Positions 1 to 6,352 are shown, numbered from the stretch's first letter. The stretch is DNA of 32,000 nucleotides from Candidatus Paracaedimonas acanthamoebae (GCA_000743035.1 CP008936.1:570001-602000), one strand, 5' to 3'. Notes: generated from the sequence alone by a model not told the origin. Made by a program: numbers and translations.

Positions 1-911
1 CCAGCCTGGTGGGATTGAGGTGTTGCTGGTTGTTGTAAAAGGCGCTCAATAATCTGAGAATTTCTTTTTAAATAAGCTTGAGAACCACTGATAATATTGC
101 TGAATATCTGAAAAACTCCGTTAATTGCTTGGGCATCTCCATGCATTTGAAGAAAACGATAAATTGCCCACTGAGTAGAGGTTAAAGATTGATGATAGAT
201 AGGTAGAAAAAAACCAGGCATAATTTCAAGCCCTGGCCCCCGCCAGTAATGAAAAAGTTTATTTGCAGCCGTGACTTCGCACATCCCATCAAGAATTCCT
301 AAAACAGGAATATCGCTGCGTGCTTGCCCAGTCGTATAGGTGTGTCTGAGCTCATTTAAATTGTAGATGAGGCCTGCTACATACATGCTTGCAACGAATG
401 CCGTATTCAATGGCTCATCTGACAAATTGTGTTGGAAAATCGTGTAAATTGCCCCTACCTTTAAAGCAGCATTGATAAGGCTTTGAGTTTGTCTTAAAAA
501 AGCGCGTGTTAGTCGAATATTTTCTTGGGCAGCGCGTTCAACTTTTTCTGACTGTTGTAACGCCATTTTTCCTTTTTTGTGTCCTCTGCCTGTCGAAATG
601 TGTTGAGCTTTTGCAACCGATTCACCATACCATTCCAGGCAGTAACGACCCAGAGTCATAAGGCTTGAAGTGAGATAATAGGTGCTTAGCACATTTATAG
701 CATCTGGAATATCGTCATTCTCAGTCAGCGAAGATGCTGCATAGGAGGTACCAAGTGCGACCAGTCCATACCCAAGGCGTTTAATTTCTCGAGTCCAGTT
801 TCTAGAACTTTTTTCTATTTTTGTTTCATCTAAAATTTCTTGATGAGAAGCTTTTGTGAGAGGGTTAAAACAAAATGCTATCATTAAAAGAAAGGGAAAT
901 ATTTTTTGCAT
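1..911 (-). CDS. hypothetical exported/membrane protein, C-terminus beyond window edge
   Basis: Hand translation of the minus strand from ATG 911..909 (MQKIFPFLLMIAFCFNPLTKASHQEILDE...) appeared to stay open to position 1, about 303 codons. It is missing from the ORF track presumably because it runs off the edge. It has a signal-peptide-like N-terminus and several hydrophobic stretches. No family recognised. Confidence 0.55.
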   Translation of the reverse strand, partial: MQKIFPFLLMIAFCFNPLTKASHQEILDETKIEKSSRNWTREIKRLGYGLVALGTSYAASSLTENDDIPDAINVLSTYYLTSSLMTLGRYCLEWYGESVAKAQHISTGRGHKKGKMALQQSEKVERAAQENIRLTRAFLRQTQSLINAALKVGAIYTIFQHNLSDEPLNTAFVASMYVAGLIYNLNELRHTYTTGQARSDIPVLGILDGMCEVTAANKLFHYWRGPGLEIMPGFFLPIYHQSLTSTQWAIYRFLQMHGDAQAINGVFQIFSNIISGSQAYLKRNSQIIERLLQQPATPQSHQA

Positions 912-1076
912 GGAAGTAATGCCTTGTTTGAAATTTGAAGAAATTTAAAATATAAGTGCTAATTAGTCAATAAATTTTTCAAAAATTACCAGCAAATGAA
1001 AAAATATTGTCTTTAACACCTTCTTTATGGGCAAAAAACAACGAGGCGCTTCTGGAGCAGCAACAAAAATTTAAGC

Positions 1077-1406
1077 TTATTTCTTTAAGACACCTTCTTT
1101 AAGGATATGTGAGGCACGAAATGAAATGGTTTTACGCGGCGTAATCATCACTTCTTTGCCTGTTTTTGGATTGCGTCCGATACGATTATTTTTTTGACGG
1201 ACATTAAAGCTTCCAAAGGACGAAAGCTTAAGCTCGCCGTCTTCAACAAGGCCCACAATCATTTGCTCAAGGATCTGTTCGAGGAGCTCCATGGAACGGT
1301 GGCGTGGGAAGCCCACATTTTCTGCAATGGCTTCACTAATCTCAGCGCGTGTAAGAGTTTTTTCTGGCATCCTTCTCTTCTCCCAATAGTTATTTTGATA
1401 ACTCAT
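1077..1406 (-). CDS. ihfA: integration host factor subunit alpha (HU/IHF family)
   Basis: LTRAEISEAI..VGF....LKLSSFGSFNVRQKNNRIGRNPKTGKEVMITPRKTISFRAS matches the IHF-alpha pattern of alphaproteobacteria. The true start may be the internal ATG at 1370 (MPEKTLTRAE). Confidence 0.85.
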   Translation of the reverse strand: MSYQNNYWEKRRMPEKTLTRAEISEAIAENVGFPRHRSMELLEQILEQMIVGLVEDGELKLSSFGSFNVRQKNNRIGRNPKTGKEVMITPRKTISFRASHILKEGVLKK

Positions 1407-1685
1407 TGTATCTACATGGTATTATAACGTCAAATAGAATCTTAAGTTTTGGCAGATCGTCAAGCTTTTGAAATCTGTTGTCGGGTATTGATTGCGAATG
1501 AGATTGATGACGCCATCCAAGAACGTCTACTGATTCCTTGGCACGCTCTTTCTAATTTGTAAAATCTTACAGGTATTTCCTAAGCTAAAAAGCCTGTGCA
1601 AGAATGAGCATTAGTTTTATGCAAATTTATTGATTAATAATTTGATTTTTAACGATTAATTTCCTCTCTTTTAAGTTGAATTTTC

Positions 1686-1714
1686 TTGATTTTTGTACGC
1701 GTTTATGGTAGTCT
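1686..1714 (+). promoter_or_regulatory. putative sigma70-type promoter TTGATT-N17-TAGTCT at head of module A
   Basis: The same hexamers and the same 17-nt spacing recur at 22331-22359 (TTGATA-N17-TAGTCT). The surrounding sequence is conserved between the two copies. Confidence 0.4.
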
Positions 1715-2075
1715 TGTAAGTAGATGGTAAGAGATGAAAATGACTTCCTTGTCGGTCTTTAAAAAAGTCCACAATCCTCTTCAAAAAATTCTCTAAATCC
1801 GTCCATTAAAAATAAAACTTGAGTCTAAAAACTCATTTAAGACCAATGAACGCTCTTTTTGAGCGAATGCCCTTTCTTTGCCGGGTGAAAAGTCAGAGGG
1901 TGGGCACGGAAAAGGAGAGGGGTTGGTGGAGGATAAAGAGGATTGAAAAGTTTTGGTTTGTTATTCCCAGCCTCTCTCTTGTTATCCCTGCGACCCAGGC
2001 TACGCCAAAGGCTTCTCCGAGGTGAGAGGCGGGGGGCCAGGTAGGTCCAAAAAGGATCGGATGGTGGTGGGAGTA

Positions 2076-2119
2076 ATCTTTCGGTCTCTTGAGATCCTTG
2101 GGACAAGCCTGAGAATGAC
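2076..2119 (+). repeat. palindromic repeat unit (ATCTTTCGGTC.CTTGAGAT-hairpin-GAC), degenerate stem
   Basis: ATCTTTCGGTCTCTTGAGATCCTTGGGACAAGCCTGAGAATGAC aligns with the units at 2202, 22866 and 23141. Confidence 0.7.
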
Positions 2120-2201
2120 AATCTAAGAAACCTGTCGCTGGTCATCCCGCGAAGGCGGGGGCCGAGGAAATGCTGAAGGGAAACGATTGGTGACATGATA
2201 G

Positions 2202-2245
2202 ATCTTTCGGTCGCTTGAGATCCTTGGGACAAGCCCAAGGATGAC
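2202..2245 (+). repeat. palindromic repeat unit, intact 9-bp stem ATCCTTGGG/CCCAAGGAT with loop ACAAG
   Basis: ATCTTTCGGTCGCTTGAGATCCTTGGGACAAGCCCAAGGATGAC lies 126 nt after the previous unit. A related GTCATCC-CCCGC-GAAG-GCGGG hairpin lies between them at 2141-2163. Confidence 0.75.
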
Positions 2246-2371
2246 GAGCCTAGAAGCACTCAAGACTTATTGGCGAGGATTATTGGAAATGAAAACAAAT
2301 AAAGAAAGGATCAAGAATTGTTGGGAAATAAAAGATTAAAACTAATGAGCTTGAGGCCTACCACCCACAAG

Positions 2372-2433
2372 GTCATCCTTGGGCTTGTCCCAAGGATCTC
2401 AGGCCACCTGAAAGCGTAAATAGGTGCCATGAG
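2372..2433 (-). repeat. palindromic repeat unit, inverted orientation, long form
   Basis: GTCATCCTTGGGCTTGTCCCAAGGATCTCAGGCCACCTGAAAGCGTAAATAGGTGCCATGAG is the near-twin of 23018-23079, with compensatory stem changes. Confidence 0.75.
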
Positions 2434-2761
2434 AGAGAAAAAGAAAATAAATAAAGAAAGGAAGAAATAACAAAAATTCTCACAAGGTTTAAGCCTTATT
2501 GAGAACAACTTAAGAAGCAAGGGAGGAGGATTTAAATGAAGAGGAACTAACCCTTGATCCTTAAGAAAAAAAAGGAAGTCTTGTGTTCGGAAAGAAGAAG
2601 AGGAACTCATGATTTCATCAAGGTGAACAAAACAAAAGAAAGAGAAAAAAAATGATGTAGGGAACTAAGAAGAGCAACACGAGTTATGTGGTTTATGGTC
2701 CAGTAACTCAATAAAACAAGATAAAGAACAAATAATTTAAATAAATTAAACAGGAGGTTAC

Positions 2762-3970
2762 ATGAAAAATTATTTAAAAAGATTAGGGAACGTATGGCCA
2801 AAAATAACGGGTCGAAAGAACAATGAACAAAAGGCAAGCAGCGTTGGTAAGATGATTGCCTTAAATCAAGTGGGCCGCCCTCAATGGACGCCCCGACAGT
2901 ATGAAGCGCTCACAGCCGAGGGATATCAAAAGAATATCATCGTCTATCGGGCGGTGAGTTTGATTGCCCGCGGGGCGGCCAGTGTGCCTTGGCGACTTTA
3001 TAAACATCATGAAGAGCTCTTGAGCCATCCCCTCTTGACGCTCTTGCATCACCCAAGCCCGCGACAGGGAGGGTCAGCCTTTATTGAAGCCGTACTGTCG
3101 TATCTGCTCTTAGCCGGTAACAGTTATATTGAAATTGTGTCAGATATGAAAGGTAAGCCGGCAGAGCTCTATCCTTTAAGACCTGATCGCGTGCAGATTA
3201 TTCCTGGTGCATCAGGTGTGCCACAAGCTTTTGAATATACTGTTAACGGGGTAAGGCGGCAATTGAATGTCGACCCCACAACTGGATGGTCGCATGTGCT
3301 GCACTTAAAGTTGTTTCATCCCCTCAATGATTGGTATGGGATGAGTCCCATTGAAGCAGCAGCATGTTCCATTGATCAACACAATACTGTGGCAAGCCAT
3401 AATCTTGCCTTGCTGCAAAATGGAGGACGCCCGTCCGGTGCCCTCATGGTAGGGCGGAATGATCGGTCATTAAACCTCACGGATGAGCAGCGGCAAGAAT
3501 TGCGCGAGGATGTTCGCGCGCTTTATCAAGGCAATGATAATGCCGGGCGCATTTTGGTCTTAGAGGGCGACTTTGAATGGCAAGAGATGGGACTTTCGCC
3601 AAAAGATCTTGACTTTATTGAAGGCAAAAGTATGACGGCACGTGAGATTGCTCAGGCCTATGGGGTGCCGCCAATGCTGGTGGGGGTGAGAGGTGATGCC
3701 ACTTTTTCCAATTATCGCGAGGCGCGCTTTCATCTGTGGGAAGACACCATCTTGCCTTTATTGGATTATTTGACCGATGAGCTCAATCGATGGTTAGCGC
3801 CTCAGTTTGAGCCAGGGTTACGCTTAGCTCATGATGTCGATCGCATTCCAGCTTTGGCCCAACGACGAGAAGATGCGTGGTCTAAAATTGCCAATGCTTC
3901 TTTCCTCACCATGAATGAGAAACGTCATGCCGTGGGGTATGTTCCCATTTCAAATGGCGACCAGCTTTAA
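2762..3970 (+). CDS. phage portal protein, HK97 family (RcGTA g3-like)
   Basis: 402-aa ORF preceded by AGGAGG 6 nt upstream. Its size and sequence character fit HK97-type portals, and an HK97-type prohead protease follows directly in GTA/HK97 gene order. Confidence 0.85.
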   Translation: MKNYLKRLGNVWPKITGRKNNEQKASSVGKMIALNQVGRPQWTPRQYEALTAEGYQKNIIVYRAVSLIARGAASVPWRLYKHHEELLSHPLLTLLHHPSPRQGGSAFIEAVLSYLLLAGNSYIEIVSDMKGKPAELYPLRPDRVQIIPGASGVPQAFEYTVNGVRRQLNVDPTTGWSHVLHLKLFHPLNDWYGMSPIEAAACSIDQHNTVASHNLALLQNGGRPSGALMVGRNDRSLNLTDEQRQELREDVRALYQGNDNAGRILVLEGDFEWQEMGLSPKDLDFIEGKSMTAREIAQAYGVPPMLVGVRGDATFSNYREARFHLWEDTILPLLDYLTDELNRWLAPQFEPGLRLAHDVDRIPALAQRREDAWSKIANASFLTMNEKRHAVGYVPISNGDQL

Positions 3971-3995
3971 GATCGAATAAGGAAAGGAAGAACCC

Positions 3996-4535
3996 ATGAG
4001 ACTCAATAAAATTTCTTATCCGATTGAAGTGAAATTTCTTGCGGAAGAGGGCGTTTTTGAAGGCTATGCCAGTGTGTTTGAGCATCTGGATGATCATGGA
4101 GATCGTGTGTTGAAAGGCGCCTTCATCGATTCTTTGCAGCAATGGTGGCAGTCAGGTCAGGCGCCAAAAATGCTCTGGCAGCATGACCCAAGCCAACCAA
4201 TTGGCGTGTGGGAATCTTTGGAAGAAGATGGCTATGGATTGCGGGTGAAAGGTCGATTGTTGCTCGATATTCAGCGAGGTCGGGAAGCCTATACCCTCAT
4301 GAAGGCAGGCGTTTTGGATAGCTTATCTATTGGCTATCGCGTGCTTGAGGCACGGCCAAGTCATAAATCTGGTGAGCGACTTCTCAGCAAGCTTGAGCTG
4401 CATGAAATCTCGCTCGTGACCTTTCCGGCAAATAATCGGGCAAAGATTACTCAAGTGAAGAATCTGTTTAGCCAAGACGTTGATGTGATTCAGCGAATCT
4501 ATGCTCTAGTGTCGTTGTTGAAGGAGTGGAATTAG
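3996..4535 (+). CDS. HK97-family prohead (maturation) protease (RcGTA g4-like)
   Basis: 179 aa. The N-terminal motif FEGYASVFEHLDDHGDRVLKGAF is typical of Peptidase_U35/S78 prohead proteases. The gene starts 25 nt after the portal. Confidence 0.85.
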   Translation: MRLNKISYPIEVKFLAEEGVFEGYASVFEHLDDHGDRVLKGAFIDSLQQWWQSGQAPKMLWQHDPSQPIGVWESLEEDGYGLRVKGRLLLDIQRGREAYTLMKAGVLDSLSIGYRVLEARPSHKSGERLLSKLELHEISLVTFPANNRAKITQVKNLFSQDVDVIQRIYALVSLLKEWN

Positions 4536-4634
4536 GGGAGAACAGTTATGCAGATATTCATGAAAATTTTTGGGAAATCCCCTAACATTAAACAGCATTT
4601 TAAGACAATAAACTTTCTGATCATCGGATCATTT

Positions 4635-4663
4635 TTGACATGCTTTATGAACTTTAGTATAAT
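4635..4663 (+). promoter_or_regulatory. consensus sigma70 promoter TTGACA-N17-TATAAT for the toxin-antitoxin cassette
   Basis: TTGACA is at 4635-4640, followed by a 17-nt spacer and TATAAT at 4658-4663. A perfect 10-bp palindrome CTTAGCTAAG (4673-4682) lies between the -10 box and the start, partly overlapping the AAGG RBS (4682-4685). The antitoxin ATG is at 4692. Confidence 0.6.
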
Positions 4664-4691
4664 TAAACTAAACTTAGCTAAGGTTAAAAAT

Positions 4692-4931
4692 ATGAAGCTC
4701 GTCAATATTCATGAAACCAAGACACATCTTTCACATCTGCTTGAAGAAGTTGCGCAAGGAGAAGACATCATTATTTGTAAAGCTGGACACCCGATAGCGC
4801 GGCTTGTCGCCTATCAAAACTTGCCTAAAGAGAGGATCCCCGGCTATTGGCAGGGGAAAGTGGAGATAGCTGAAGATTTTGATGTGCTGCCTTCCTCTGT
4901 TCTTGCTGCCTTTAAGGGAAAAAGTGAGTGA
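4692..4931 (+). CDS. type II antitoxin, Phd/YefM (prevent-host-death) family
   Basis: MKLVNIHETKTHLSHLLEEVAQGEDIIICKAGHPIARLV is a typical Phd/YefM N-terminus, about 79 aa. I trimmed the ORF-track start (4548) to the ATG behind the promoter and RBS. The stop overlaps the toxin start (GTGA). Confidence 0.8.
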   Translation: MKLVNIHETKTHLSHLLEEVAQGEDIIICKAGHPIARLVAYQNLPKERIPGYWQGKVEIAEDFDVLPSSVLAAFKGKSE

Positions 4932-5305
4932 AAGTTCTCTTAGATACTCATATCCTTTTATGGTGGTTGGGGGACCCTCATCAGCTTCTTGAGAAAGAGA
5001 TGAGTCTTATAAAAGAACCCCGCAATACAATTTATGTCAGTAGTGTCAGTGCATGGGAAATTTCCATCAAAAAAGCCCTTGGGAAACTTAAAGCTCCTGA
5101 TAATTTGGAAGAAGCCATTCGGGCAAGCGAATTTCAGGTTTTGCCGATGACAATGGCGCATGCATGCGGGATTGAAAAGCTTCCCAATCACCATGATGAT
5201 CCATTTGACCGGATGCTGATTTTTCAGACATTATGTGAGGGACTCACGTTGCTAACGCGCGATCAGAGAATAAAGGAATATGGTGTAAGAGTCTATAAAA
5301 GTTAG
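4928..5305 (+). CDS. vapC: type II toxin, PIN-domain VapC family ribonuclease
   Basis: 125 aa with a GTG start. The N-terminal LLDTHILLW carries the conserved acidic residue, the C-terminal HHDDPFDRMLIFQ motif is typical of PIN toxins, and the gene is translationally coupled to the antitoxin. Confidence 0.8.
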   Translation: MKVLLDTHILLWWLGDPHQLLEKEMSLIKEPRNTIYVSSVSAWEISIKKALGKLKAPDNLEEAIRASEFQVLPMTMAHACGIEKLPNHHDDPFDRMLIFQTLCEGLTLLTRDQRIKEYGVRVYKS

Positions 5306-5317
5306 CGTAAGTGAGAT

Positions 5318-5454
5318 TTTAAGCTACATGAACTCTCCTCGTGGCTTTTCCAGCGAATGCGCGAGCAAAGATCTTGCAGGTAAAGAACTTGTTTAACTAA
5401 GACTACGATATTATTCAACGAATGTATGCCTTGATGTCGTTGCTGAGAGATTGA
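5318..5454 (+). pseudogene. decayed second copy of the prohead-protease 3' end
   Basis: Hand alignment to 4392-4535 gives roughly 72% identity (37 mismatches and 1 gap over about 135 columns). The fragment has a 1-nt deletion, an in-frame TAA where the intact gene has CAA, and a stop two codons earlier. A Shine-Dalgarno-like box plus ATG follows it, as after the intact gene. Confidence 0.7.
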
Positions 5455-5686
5455 ACAGGTGGAGATGAAAGAGAGAAAGAATAAAGTTTTATTTTGTTGT
5501 GTTGAGGTCTTAAAAAATAAAGTGTTTTATTCTTATTCTGTATCATTAGTTAAGAGAGAGGATTTGTGTGAAACCCTGAGGTGTTATCGTTAAGTCGACG
5601 TCTTCTCTCTTTAAGGAGATTAAGATGTTTGCTTAATGGGTTCCTCTTATCAGAGCTGCATCCTCTCTCTTGAATGCTTTTCAATA

Positions 5687-5974
5687 TTATTTATTTTTAT
5701 CTTTAGGGAAATATTTGTTAATTGTGCTCTTGACTGAGTTTCCAAGCTCCTTATACATATCTTTGCGGAGTTCTGCTGCCTCATTCTCACTAATCCCGCT
5801 TGTTTTAAGGCAACGTTCATAGGACCCGATGTTTTCTTCATTACTAATATGTGTAAAACATTCCACATGTTTTGCACGTTGTTCAACAGTGGGCTTGTTA
5901 TCACTTGCCTGGAGGGACGCACTCCCAAAGCCAATTGTTGTGACACATAATAAATAACTTAGTTTAGTCTTCAT
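5687..5974 (-). CDS. small secreted hypothetical protein (paralog 1)
   Basis: Start set at the internal ATG, which has an AGAGGA RBS. The signal peptide is MKTKLSYLLCVTTIGFGSASLQA|SD. Its signal-peptide region is paralogous to 6424..6711. Confidence 0.6.
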   Translation of the reverse strand: MKTKLSYLLCVTTIGFGSASLQASDNKPTVEQRAKHVECFTHISNEENIGSYERCLKTSGISENEAAELRKDMYKELGNSVKSTINKYFPKDKNK

Positions 5975-6002
5975 TTTTTGATTCCTCTTGTTCGTTTGAT
6001 AT

Positions 6003-6020
6003 ATGGGGACCATTCCCCAT
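6003..6020 (-). promoter_or_regulatory. inverted repeat ATGGGGA-CCAT-TCCCCAT about 37 nt upstream of the paralog 1 start
   Basis: It has 7-bp arms. A related palindrome occupies the equivalent position upstream of paralog 2. Confidence 0.45.
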
Positions 6021-6352
6021 TGCTAAAATTGTACACATATTGATTTAACAAACGGTAAAAAGGCCTATTTTAAGTTGAAGTACACCTGCTTATATGGGCA
6101 ACTACAAGAATATAGTTCATCTTGTTGAAAGACATTTTGGGTTTTAAGTGGCTGTGGTTTGATTTATAAAAAATTATTTTCAGATTTTACATCAAATTAA
6201 GTAGAAGACCTTTCTTTCTTTCCGACAACGCCTCTATTAACACCCATCTTCAAGGAATCAACAAGTCAAGCAAAGTTGATGACTTGGGAATAAGGTGATC
6301 TAGGAAAGGATATCACGGCTTATATCTTCAGGGTGATTATTGAGAGATAAAA

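Larger units (their letters stand above)
1683..2750 (+). repeat. non-coding module A: promoter-like head, conserved leader, palindromic repeat array, purine-rich tail; homolog of module B
   Basis: Collinear nucleotide homology with 22328-23440 in the promoter, the leader, a 35-nt block 33/35 identical, the same repeat units, and a purine block (2288-2342 vs 23271-23328). Internal ORFs are low-complexity and not shared between the copies. Confidence 0.6.

Noticed and set aside
1455-1557. Short + strand open stretch (..ADRQAFEICCRVLIANEIDDAIQERLLIPWHALSN*) that could be the tail of a destroyed gene upstream of module A
   Set aside because: It is only about 34 codons, I recognise no family, and it has no start or RBS. 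It cannot be distinguished from chance without a database search.
1837-2837. ORF-track ORFs inside module A (1819..2025 +, 1837..2259 -, 2311..2610 -, 2607..2837 -)
   Set aside because: Their translations are low-complexity (Ser/Leu/Pro/Phe-rich) and are generated by palindromic repeats and polypurine tracts. They are not conserved in module B, and the one conserved block is read in a different frame there. The last ORF runs antisense over the portal RBS.
4548-4691. N-terminal 48-codon extension of the antitoxin ORF
   Set aside because: The extension contains the consensus TTGACA-N17-TATAAT promoter and a palindrome and encodes a hydrophobic junk-like peptide. The Phd/YefM homology begins at the ATG at 4692, which has its own RBS.
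5650-5946. 98-aa ORF overlapping the paralog 1 gene in another frame
   Set aside because: It overlaps the frame that has the signal peptide, the RBS and a paralog, and it has no support of its own.
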